Assembly: GCA_003696105.1 (NCBI GenBank)
Contig: RFGE01000204.1
Location: 1-61,409, forward strand
Direction of reading: 5' to 3'
Length of the DNA: 61,409 nt
Origin: Deltaproteobacteria bacterium
GTDB taxonomy: Bacteria; Myxococcota_A; Polyangia; Haliangiales; J016
Shown: positions 10,496 through 18,751 of the stretch, one piece after another
How the letters are laid out: each line of letters opens with the position of its first letter
How positions within the stretch are numbered: the first letter of the stretch is position 1
Notes under the pieces: model-generated
The model's database searches: none
The model's input: the letters and a program-made list of their open reading frames with translations, nothing else
Told to the model about the DNA's origin: nothing
Position numbers and translations under genes: made by a program

Positions 10496-11509
10496 ATGAC
10501 CACACGCATCGGCATCAACGGATTCGGGCGCATGGGCCGGCTGGCGCTGCGCGCCGCCTGGGACCGCGACGACCTCGACGTCGTCCACGTCAACGAGACT
10601 GGCTGCGGCCCCGACGTGGCCGCGCACCTGCTCGAGTTCGACTCGGTGCACGGCCGGTGGCCGCACGACATCACCGCGGCCGACGGCGCCCTGCACGTCG
10701 ACGGGCGGAGCATCGGCTACACCGGCGAGGCCCGGCCGGGCGACGTGGCGTGGGACGACGCCGGCGTCCAGATCGTGCTCGAGTGCACCGGCGCGTTCCG
10801 CCGCCGCGCCGCGCTCGCGCCCTACTTCGACCGCGGCGTCGCCAAGGTGATCGTCGCCGCTCCGGTCAAAGAGCCGGACGTGCTCAACGTCGTGATGGGC
10901 GTCAACCACGACCGCTACGACCCGGCCGAGCACGACATCGTGACGGCGGCGTCGTGCACGACCAACTGCCTCGCGCCGGTCGTCCGCGTCGTCCACGATG
11001 GCCTCGGAATTCGCCACGGCGTCATCACGACCATCCACGACGTCACCAACACGCAGACCGTGGTCGACCGCCCGCACAAGGACCCGCGGCGCGCGCGGTC
11101 CGCACTGTTGTCGCTGATCCCGACGACGACCGGCTCGGCCACGGCGATCGGGCTGATCGTCCCCGAACTCGCCGGCAAACTCGACGGCATCGCCGTCCGC
11201 GTGCCGCTGCTGAACGCGTCGCTCACCGACTGCGTGTTCGAGGTCGCGCGCCCCACGTCGGTCGCGGAGGTCAACCGGCTGCTCGCGGACGCCGCGGCCG
11301 GACCGCTTGACGGCATCCTCGGTTACGAAGAGCGCCCGCTGGTATCCGTCGACTACCGCGGCGACACGCGGTCGGCCGTGATCGACGCGCGGTCGACCAA
11401 CGTCGTGGACGGCACGCAGGTCAAACTGCTGGCCTGGTACGACAACGAGATCGGCTACGTGCACCGCATGGTCGAGCTGGCCCAGCTCGTCGCGCGGTCG
11501 CTCGGGTGA
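10496..11509 (+). CDS. ArsJ-associated glyceraldehyde-3-phosphate dehydrogenase
   Basis: [22 protein letters not shown]; lies between arsR and arsJ. Confidence 0.92.
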   Translation: MTTRIGINGFGRMGRLALRAAWDRDDLDVVHVNETGCGPDVAAHLLEFDSVHGRWPHDITAADGALHVDGRSIGYTGEARPGDVAWDDAGVQIVLECTGAFRRRAALAPYFDRGVAKVIVAAPVKEPDVLNVVMGVNHDRYDPAEHDIVTAASCTTNCLAPVVRVVHDGLGIRHGVITTIHDVTNTQTVVDRPHKDPRRARSALLSLIPTTTGSATAIGLIVPELAGKLDGIAVRVPLLNASLTDCVFEVARPTSVAEVNRLLADAAAGPLDGILGYEERPLVSVDYRGDTRSAVIDARSTNVVDGTQVKLLAWYDNEIGYVHRMVELAQLVARSLG

Positions 11510-12747
11510 CGGCGGTGGCGGCGGCGTCCGGCAGCGTGCGCGCCTACGCGATCGTCACCGCCTCGTACTGGGCGTTCACGCTCACCGACGGCGCCCTGCG
11601 CATGCTGGTGCTGCTGCACTTTCACGCGCTGGGCTACACGCCGCTGTCGCTCGCGAGCCTGTTTTTGCTCTACGAAGTCGCCGGCGTGTTCACCAACCTG
11701 TTCGGCGGCTGGATCGCGGCGCGCCTGGGTCTCGACCGCACGCTGCGGGTCGGGCTCGCGCTCCAGGTCGGCGCGCTCGCCATGTTGTCGGCGCTGTCGC
11801 CGGCGTGGCCGCGCGCGCTCCAGGTCGCGTACGTCGTCGCGGCACAGGGGCTATCCGGCGTCGCCAAGGACTTCACCAAGCTCAGCGCGAAGAGCGCGAT
11901 CAAGACGCTCGTGCCCGAAGGCGCGCACGGCACGCTGTTTCGCTGGGTCGCGCTGCTCACCGGCTCGAAGAACGCGCTCAAGGGCGCGGGCTTCTTCGCC
12001 GGCGGCGCGCTGCTCGCGGCGCTCGGCTTCCGCGGCGCGCTGTGGGCGATGGCCGGCGCGGTCGTCGCCGCGGCCGCCGTCGCGACGATCGGGCTGCCCC
12101 GCGGCATGGGCCGCGCCAAGGCGAAGCCGGGCCTGCGCGCCCTGCTCGCCAAGTCGCGCGCGATCAACGTGCTGTCGGCGGCGCGGCTGTTTCTGTTCTG
12201 CGCGCGCGACGTGTGGTTCGTCGTCGGCCTGCCGGTGTTTCTGTACGACCACGCCGGCTGGTCGTTCGTCCAGGTCGCCGGCTACATGGCGGCGTGGGTC
12301 ATCGGCTACGGCGTCGTCCAGGCCGTCACGCCTCGCGCGCTGCGTCGCCGCGCGGACGCCAACGACGCGCGCGCCGCCCAGGTCTGGGGATTCGTGCTCG
12401 CCGCGGTGCCGGTAGCGATGGTCGTCGCCCTGCGCACGGGCGCCGACCCGACCGCGACCGTGGTCGCCGGTCTCGCCGCGTTCGGCGTCGTGTTCGCGAT
12501 CAACTCCGCGGTGCACTCGTACCTGGTGCTCGCCTATTCCGATGCAGATGCAACCGCTGCCGACGTCGGCTTCTACTACATGGCCAACGCCGGCGGCCGG
12601 CTGCTCGGCACCGTGTTGTCCGGCGCGCTGTACCAGGCCGGCGGCCTGACCGCCTGCCTGATCGCGGCCGCGGCGTGCGTCGTCGTCTCCAGCGCGCTCG
12701 CGCTGTGGTTGCCCGACCCGCGCGCCGCCACGGCGGCGTCCCCGTAG
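11506..12747 (+). CDS. arsJ: organoarsenical efflux MFS transporter ArsJ
   Basis: [38 protein letters not shown] and [13 protein letters not shown] are typical of ArsJ; coupled to the GAPDH gene. Confidence 0.9.
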   Translation: MTAVAAASGSVRAYAIVTASYWAFTLTDGALRMLVLLHFHALGYTPLSLASLFLLYEVAGVFTNLFGGWIAARLGLDRTLRVGLALQVGALAMLSALSPAWPRALQVAYVVAAQGLSGVAKDFTKLSAKSAIKTLVPEGAHGTLFRWVALLTGSKNALKGAGFFAGGALLAALGFRGALWAMAGAVVAAAAVATIGLPRGMGRAKAKPGLRALLAKSRAINVLSAARLFLFCARDVWFVVGLPVFLYDHAGWSFVQVAGYMAAWVIGYGVVQAVTPRALRRRADANDARAAQVWGFVLAAVPVAMVVALRTGADPTATVVAGLAAFGVVFAINSAVHSYLVLAYSDADATAADVGFYYMANAGGRLLGTVLSGALYQAGGLTACLIAAAACVVVSSALALWLPDPRAATAASP

Positions 12748-12802
12748 CCGGCGGTTGCGCGCGACCGGTACGACCGGGCGCACCGCCGCGCCCGATCGCC
12801 GG

Positions 12803-12979
12803 TCACGACCGGAACGAGCGCACCGCGAACCAGATCGCGAGCCCGAGCGCCACCCAGCCGGCGAGCCCCCCGCCGTCTCCCGTCGCGCACACGCCGCACG
12901 CCCACGCGGCGCGCGGCACGCACGCGGCGACCGCCGCGACGACGCCGGTCCGACACGCTGCTTTCGTGAACTGGCTCAT
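12803..12979 (-). CDS. 58-aa CxxC membrane peptide (not in the ORF track)
   Basis: GGAGG-TAGC-ATG start right after the upstream stop. Sequence MSQFTKAACRTGVVAAVAACVPRAAWACGVCATGDGGGLAGWVALGLAIWFAVRSFRS. Confidence 0.7.
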   Translation of the reverse strand: MSQFTKAACRTGVVAAVAACVPRAAWACGVCATGDGGGLAGWVALGLAIWFAVRSFRS

Positions 12980-12980
12980 G

Positions 12981-13892
12981 CTACCTCCGTGACGCGCTGC
13001 CGCTGTTCACCTCCCGCGCCCGCTCGGTGGCCTCCTGCGCGCCACCGGCCGCGCCCGCGACCGCCGACACCGCGGCCGCCAGCGCGCGCTCGTCGCCGGG
13101 CTGGAAGTTGTGGTGGCGAAAGCGAGCGGCGCCGGTTGCGTCGAATACGAACGACAGCGGGATGCTCGCGCCCGCGGCGTAGCGCGCCATCACGGCCCCG
13201 TCCGGATCGAGGGCCACCGGATACGGAATCCCGAGTTCCCGCACCGCCTCGTCGACCGCCGCGCGGTCGCCCGCTTCGTCGATGCTCACCGACAGAAACG
13301 CCACGCGATCGCCGTAGCGCTCGTACAGCTTCGCCAGGTGAGGTGCCTCCGCGCGGCACGGCCCACACCAGCTCGCCCAGAACACCAACACGAACGGGCG
13401 GTGGCCGATCCATGTGGCGACGTCGACCTCGCCGCCGCCGAGCAGCGGCGCGCGAAACGCGATCGCGCGCTCGGCCAACTTCGGTCCGCCACCGCTGTCA
13501 CCGCTGGCCCACACGACCCGGTACGGGCGGCCCATCTTCGCGGCCTGAGCCGCGACCGCGCGCTCGATGTCGGCGCGCGCCAGCGTCTGCCCCGGCCGCA
13601 GAACGACCGTGAACTGCTCCGTCGCGGCATCGAACCGCGCGTCGTCGACTGCGGGAAGCCCTTCCAGGGCTTCTACGACCCCGTTGGGTCAACCCATTCA
13701 AAGCGCGCCGTGAACGCGCCGCATCCCGTCGACGCGAAACGTCAACGGTGCCGCGCGGCGCGCCGCCGGGCGCGAGGCAGGCGGCGCCGGGCGCGCCGCG
13801 GCGCCGCCGCGCACGGGCGCGGTATCTTGCGCGCACGCGCCTGCCGCCAGCGCGCAGGTGGCGACCGCCGCCAACACCGGGTTCATTTGCAT
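12981..13892 (-). CDS. predicted selenoprotein: lipoprotein signal + HMA-like domain with UxxU + TlpA/thioredoxin domain (303 aa with readthrough)
   Basis: GGAGG RBS and ATG at 13892. In-frame TGA at 13700-13698 and 13691-13689 (..VDGMRRVHGAL-U-M-G-U-PNGVVEALEGLPAV..). The same frame continues to WASWCGPC and TAG at 12983-12981. Confidence 0.8.
13655..13673 (-). promoter_or_regulatory. candidate bacterial SECIS hairpin
   Basis: mRNA GAAGCCCU-GGA-AGGGCUUC. The G-containing loop lies about 23 nt after the second UGA and about 32 nt after the first. Confidence 0.6.
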
Positions 13893-14356
13893 GGTTTGAC
13901 CTCCCGCGTTCTTGTTGTCGGTACATCCTTCGATCGCCGGCTCGGCCTGCCGTCGGCGAGCGCCTCGAGGATCGGGCATCGCCGCACCGAGGCGTCGCCG
14001 TCGGCGCAGGTCGCCACCAGCTCGGCCAGCGCGCGCCGCATCGCGCGCAGCGCCCGGATCTTGTCGTCGATCTCGGCGATCTTGTGCTCGGCCGCGCCGC
14101 GCACCTCGCTGCACGCGCGCCGGTCGTCGTCTCGCAGCGCGAGCAGCTCGGCGATCTCGTCGAGCGTGAACCCGAGCCGCTGCGCGCGCTTGATGAATCG
14201 CACGATGCGCACGGCGTCGGGCGGGTACTGCCGGTAGCCGGACCGCCGGCGCGGCGGTTTCGGCAACAAGCCGCGCCGCTCGTAAAACCGCAGCGTCTCG
14301 ACGTGGACGCCGGCGGCGCGCGCGACCTGACCGGTGGTAAGCGGTTCGCCAGGCAT
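13883..14356 (-). CDS. merR: MerR-family regulator with Hg(II)-type Cys triad
   Basis: LTTGQVARAAGVHVETLRFYERRGLL HTH; RRACSEV and TCADGDASVRRCPIL provide three Cys equivalent to MerR C82/C117/C126. Confidence 0.85.
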   Translation of the reverse strand: MPGEPLTTGQVARAAGVHVETLRFYERRGLLPKPPRRRSGYRQYPPDAVRIVRFIKRAQRLGFTLDEIAELLALRDDDRRACSEVRGAAEHKIAEIDDKIRALRAMRRALAELVATCADGDASVRRCPILEALADGRPSRRSKDVPTTRTREVKPCK

Positions 14357-14363
14357 CAGCCCT

Positions 14364-14395
14364 AGCATGAACTCCGGACAGCGGTACGGAGTCAA
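14364..14395 (-). promoter_or_regulatory. MerR-type promoter/operator with elongated spacer
   Basis: TTGACT-CCGTACCGCTGTCCGGAGTT(20 nt)-CATGCT, with dyad ACTCCG(T)AC..GT(C)CGGAGT. Resembles Tn21 PmerT (TTGACTCCGTAC...). Confidence 0.85.
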
Positions 14396-14467
14396 GCCAT
14401 CGCAACGCTGACCGCCGCTGCCGGCCGGTCCCGCGGCCTCGGCCCGTCCACAGTGGACGGGCCGGCG

Positions 14468-15457
14468 TCACAGCAGCTTCTTGCGCGCCAAAAACGCGAG
14501 CAGGCCGCCGGTGATCGCCGCGGTCACGCCCCAGAATGCCGCGTAGCCCCACCGCCAGTGCAGCTCCGGCATGTTGTCGAAGTTCATGCCGTAGACGCCG
14601 ACGAGGAACGTGAGCGGCAAGAACAGCACGCTCACGACGGTGAGCCGCTGCATGATGACGTTCGTGCGGTGCCCCACCGCGGACACGTGCAGGTTCAGCG
14701 CGTCGGACAGGATCTCGCGGTCGGCCAGCAGGTCCTGCAACACGCGCTCGACCGTGCCGACCATGTTGTGCAGGTACGGTTGTGTCGCGTCGCTCACGAA
14801 CCGCGACCGGCGGGTGGCCAGGTCGGTGAGCACTGCGCGCGCCGGCAGCAGCACCTTGCGGAAGTGCACGAGGTCGGCCGCCAGCTCGCCGATCTCCGCG
14901 AACAGGTCCTCGTCGACCGCGCCGATGAGCCGCTGTTGCAAACGCGCCACCCGCTCCTCGAACTGGTCCTGCACGAGAATGTACCGGTCGAGGAGGTGGT
15001 CCCACAGCTCGTAGATGAGGAAACTCGGCGTCTGGGCGTGATGCGCGAAGTCTTCCGGCAGGTCGCGCTTGACGCCCTCGACGAACTCCACTCGGTCGGC
15101 GTGGACCGTGAGCAAGAACCGCTCGCCGACGGTCACGTCCACGCGCTGCAGCTCGAAGTCGCGGTCGCGCAGGCGACAGCCGGACAGCACCATGTGAAGA
15201 CAGTGCGGGTAGCGCGCGTGTTGGGTCGCCGGATCGCCGGCCAGCGCGTCCTCGATGACCTCCTCCGGCACGCCGAACACCTCGAGGTCCCGCGCGGCCG
15301 CGTGCAGGGTGTCCGGGTGCAGGTCCACCCAGACGAACCGCCCCGCGGCCATGGACGCGCCCGCATCGGCCAGCGCGATCGGCCGCACGGTGCGCCGGTC
15401 GAAATCGAGTTCGACCGCCCAGGGTTGTCGCCGATCGGTCGGATCCGCCTCGGTCAT
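14468..15457 (-). CDS. corA: CorA family divalent-cation transporter
   Basis: LPLTFLVGVYGMNF..MPEL and two C-terminal TM helices; start uncertain (15457 or 15466). Confidence 0.88.
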   Translation of the reverse strand: MTEADPTDRRQPWAVELDFDRRTVRPIALADAGASMAAGRFVWVDLHPDTLHAAARDLEVFGVPEEVIEDALAGDPATQHARYPHCLHMVLSGCRLRDRDFELQRVDVTVGERFLLTVHADRVEFVEGVKRDLPEDFAHHAQTPSFLIYELWDHLLDRYILVQDQFEERVARLQQRLIGAVDEDLFAEIGELAADLVHFRKVLLPARAVLTDLATRRSRFVSDATQPYLHNMVGTVERVLQDLLADREILSDALNLHVSAVGHRTNVIMQRLTVVSVLFLPLTFLVGVYGMNFDNMPELHWRWGYAAFWGVTAAITGGLLAFLARKKLL

Positions 15458-15501
15458 CGCCGGCATCCTCGCGCGCGGCGCATGCCGTAGCAACTATTCG
15501 G

Positions 15502-15900
15502 CTATTTGGCCACCGGTGCGAGAGCGCATACGACGTCGCACAGGTCGTCGATGTCGAACGGCTTGTCGAACACGGCAGCGGCGCCCTGTCGGCTCGCGCG
15601 CTCGTGCGTGTCGTCGTCGGCGAACGCGGTCATCAACACGACCGGCGTCGCGCATCCGCAGTCGCGCAGTCCGCCGAGTACGTCGAAGCCGTCGACGAGG
15701 GGCATACGGATGTCGGACACGATGACGTCCACCGGGCACGGTGCGCCATCGAGCAACACGGGCTCGACGACCGCGAGCACGTCCGCCCCGGTCGCAGCCT
15801 CCACCACGTCGAAGCCACATTGGCGCAGTTTGCCGGCCACCAGCCGGCGCATCTCGCTGTCGTCTTCTGCGAGCAGCACGCGCGGTCGCTGCCAAGCCAC
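15502..15900 (-). CDS. single-domain response regulator
   Basis: LLAEDD, SDIRMP, MTA, KPF; AAGGAGG RBS before the GTG. Confidence 0.85.
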   Translation of the reverse strand: MAWQRPRVLLAEDDSEMRRLVAGKLRQCGFDVVEAATGADVLAVVEPVLLDGAPCPVDVIVSDIRMPLVDGFDVLGGLRDCGCATPVVLMTAFADDDTHERASRQGAAAVFDKPFDIDDLCDVVCALAPVAK

Positions 15901-15915
15901 CACGCCTCCTTTCCG

Positions 15916-15958
15916 ATGCATGCTCCGTGCCGCGATGGGTATGGCACACCGACTGCAT
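15916..15958. promoter_or_regulatory. back-to-back candidate sigma54 (-24/-12) promoters
   Basis: Plus strand TGGCACACCGACTGCAT (15942-15958); minus strand CGGCACGGAGCATGCAT (15932-15916). Both are GG-N10-GC. Confidence 0.5.
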
Positions 15959-16289
15959 AGAGCTCACACATCGGCGGGTTCCTCCCCGCCGTGCCGCGTC
16001 GGGTCCGATGGCCCGCGCGCTGCGGGCACGCGCGACTGCGCGACCTCTGCATATGGCGAAAACCGAAATCTGGTCTCCCGACGTCATGGCGGCGGGTGGC
16101 GTCCCGCCGGGTTCTTCCCCGCCGCGATGTGCACAGCAGCGCCGTCGCCCGCACGCGCGAGCCATCGGCCCGAGCGGCACGCTAGCCTTCCGATGTGCCG
16201 CGACGACCCATCTCGCAGCCCATCCCGATGTCGCCCGGTGACACATGTCGCACATCGCGACACTCCACCGTGAGCGGTGTGAGGTAGCC

Positions 16290-17255
16290 GTGGACCGACG
16301 GTGGCATCCAGTCCTCGGGGCGATCGCCGCGGTCGCGGCGCTGATCCTCGGAGCGCAGTTCGAGTATACGCGCACGCTGGAAGCGCGCGTCCTCGCGCTG
16401 CTCGCCCCCGTGGCCGCCGTCGCCGCCGCGGGAGTCGCCGTCGTCGACTGCGAACGCCGCTGGATCGCGGCTACGGTCCCGGTCCTCGTCGCCGCCGCCG
16501 TCGTTGCGGTGTGGACGATCGGCGTGACCGTCACACCGCGCCATCCGATCGCCTCGGTCGACGTGGCGCGCGCCGGCGGCGACCGCGACATCGACGCGCC
16601 GCCGGACGGCCGGCCGTTCGACGTACAGGTCCACGCCGGGCTCGAACGCCGCAGCGGATCCGCGCGCGGCACGTTCACGCTGGAACTTCGCCGCGCGGGC
16701 GCCGTGCGCGCGCTGCGCGGCGCGGTGGAGCGCGCCGTCCGCCGCGGCCGGCGCGTCCGCCGATTTGGTCCCATGACGTCGATGTTCCTGCACGAGACCG
16801 AGCGCTTCCGCACGAGTCTGCCCGGCAATGGCCCGGCGCGCGTGCGCGTCGTCGCGGCCGACGGCGCCGTCCTCCCGACATTGCACGTCGCGATTCTGCC
16901 GCCGCCGTGGGGCGAGTCCGCGGTTCCGCTGGCGCTCGGCGTCGTCGCCGTACTGGGTCTGGTGGTCGACGTCGCCGCTCGCCGCTCACGCGTCCACGTG
17001 CACGCGTTTCCGCCCGTCGCGTTCGCCGCCGTGTTCGCCTTCGAGCTGGCCCGCGATCTCAACGTCGACGATCCGCTCCCCTCGGTGCTCGGCGTCGGCT
17101 TGCTGGCCGGGCTCGCAGCCGCTGCCGCGTGGGCGATTGCCGCCGTGGCTGGCGCCCTCGTGCGAAGCGAACGGCCGGCGGCCGTGGGATCCGCCAGCGA
17201 CGCGGGCGCGCTTGCACCCGCGGCGCGGACCGATCGACGCGACCCGAGCGGATGA
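16290..17255 (+). CDS. hypothetical multi-pass membrane protein
   Basis: Several TM segments around a beta-rich domain. GAGG RBS before the GTG at 16290 (the track starts at 16245). Stop overlaps the kinase start (ATGA). Confidence 0.6.
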   Translation: MDRRWHPVLGAIAAVAALILGAQFEYTRTLEARVLALLAPVAAVAAAGVAVVDCERRWIAATVPVLVAAAVVAVWTIGVTVTPRHPIASVDVARAGGDRDIDAPPDGRPFDVQVHAGLERRSGSARGTFTLELRRAGAVRALRGAVERAVRRGRRVRRFGPMTSMFLHETERFRTSLPGNGPARVRVVAADGAVLPTLHVAILPPPWGESAVPLALGVVAVLGLVVDVAARRSRVHVHAFPPVAFAAVFAFELARDLNVDDPLPSVLGVGLLAGLAAAAAWAIAAVAGALVRSERPAAVGSASDAGALAPAARTDRRDPSG

Positions 17256-18694
17256 GAGTCGTCGCAAAATTCGTCAGCGCGATCCTCGTCGGCATCTGCG
17301 CGATCGTCGCCATCGATGGCTGGCTGACCGTGCGCCGGGAGGTCGCTCTGTTCGACGCCAAGCTCCGGCAGGATGCCGTCGAACTCGGCCGTGCGCTCGA
17401 CCGCACGTTGTCGGACGTCGCGCGGCGATCCGGCGTCGATCGCGCGATCGCCATCATCGACGATCTCGATCGCACGCTTGTCGGCCTGTCCCTGCGCTGG
17501 GTCTCCGCGAGCGCGCCGGCCTCCGCTGCACCCCGGCTGCCGGACGCTTTTGCGCGCGCAGTGCGCAATCGGTCGACGCCGGCCAGCGCCGTCGATCCCG
17601 CCACCAACGTCCTGTTCACCTATGTCGTGCCCGAGTTCGCGGGCGCGAACGAGGGCGCCATCGAGATCGGCAAGTCCCTCTCCTTCCGCGACGGATACGT
17701 CGAACGCACGACGGTGCGGACCGCGATCATGGTGGCCGCGACGATCGTCGTGTGCGCCGCCATGGCGACCACACTGGGCGCGTGGCTCATCGGGCGCCCC
17801 GTGAACAAACTTCTGCGCCACGCGCGCGCGATCGGCCGAGGCGACCTGGAATCGCGGGTCGCATGGACCGCCCACGACGAGTTGGGCGCGCTCGCGAACG
17901 AGATGAACCACATGGCCGCCAGCCCGGCGCGCGCGAGAGAGCGCGTCGCGGCCGAGACGGAGCAGCGCATCGCCGCGCTCGACGAACTGCGCCACGCGGA
18001 GCGCCTGGCCACCGTCGGAAAACTGGCGTCGGGAGTCGCGCACGAACTCGGTACACCGCTGAACGTCATCATCCAGCGGGCCGCCATGATCGAACGCGGC
18101 GAAGTCGCGGGACAAGAGAGTGTGCATAGCGCACGGGTGGTGCGTGAGCAGGCGATGCGCATCACCGGCATCGTCCGGCAGTTGCTCGACTTCGGGCGGC
18201 GGCGGGCCGTCCACCGGGAAACCGTGCCGCTCGTCGACCTCGCGCGCGAAGTCGCCGAACTGGTCGCTCCACTCGCGGCACAGCGCAACGTGACCGTGTC
18301 CGTGCGCCAGAGCCCGCTCGATGCGGCCACCTCCCCGTGCGCGAGCGGCGACCGCGAGTTGCTTCGGCAGGCCCTTACGAACCTCGTCGTCAACGCCATC
18401 CAAGCGTCGCCGGACGGCGGTGAAGTCATCGTGGAGATCGGCATCACCGTCGATCCCGGCGGACGTCGCTGGGCGTCGGTCGCGGTAGAAGACCGCGGCG
18501 CGGGGATCCCCGAATCCATCGCCCACCGCATCTTCGAGCCATTCTTCACGACGAAAGACGTTGGCGAGGGCACCGGGCTCGGCCTGTCGATCGCGTTCGG
18601 CATCGCACGCGACCACGGCGGGCGGTTGCGCGTGGACCGACTGCGCGAGCCCACACGGCTGTCGCTTGCGCTCCCGGTGGCCGACGCAACGTAA
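17252..18694 (+). CDS. HAMP-domain sensor histidine kinase (NtrB-like)
   Basis: Two TMs, HAMP (DELGALA), H-box AHELGTPL, NLVVNA, DRGAGI, FEPFFTTK, GTGLGL. Confidence 0.92.
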   Translation: MRVVAKFVSAILVGICAIVAIDGWLTVRREVALFDAKLRQDAVELGRALDRTLSDVARRSGVDRAIAIIDDLDRTLVGLSLRWVSASAPASAAPRLPDAFARAVRNRSTPASAVDPATNVLFTYVVPEFAGANEGAIEIGKSLSFRDGYVERTTVRTAIMVAATIVVCAAMATTLGAWLIGRPVNKLLRHARAIGRGDLESRVAWTAHDELGALANEMNHMAASPARARERVAAETEQRIAALDELRHAERLATVGKLASGVAHELGTPLNVIIQRAAMIERGEVAGQESVHSARVVREQAMRITGIVRQLLDFGRRRAVHRETVPLVDLAREVAELVAPLAAQRNVTVSVRQSPLDAATSPCASGDRELLRQALTNLVVNAIQASPDGGEVIVEIGITVDPGGRRWASVAVEDRGAGIPESIAHRIFEPFFTTKDVGEGTGLGLSIAFGIARDHGGRLRVDRLREPTRLSLALPVADAT

Positions 18695-18751
18695 TGGTCG
18701 GACCGCTCCGCCTGGCAGGGGCGTACGGGATGGCCTACGGTTACTCCCGTC

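Noticed and set aside
10496-11509. Housekeeping glycolytic gapA
   Set aside because: Its position between arsR and arsJ indicates the arsenate-detoxifying paralog.
13689-13700. Genome-wide UGA reassignment (Trp/Gly) as the explanation for the in-frame TGAs
   Set aside because: Many clear genes here end in TGA (era, mosA, mosB, rnc, der) and Trp is encoded by TGG, so readthrough must be site-specific.
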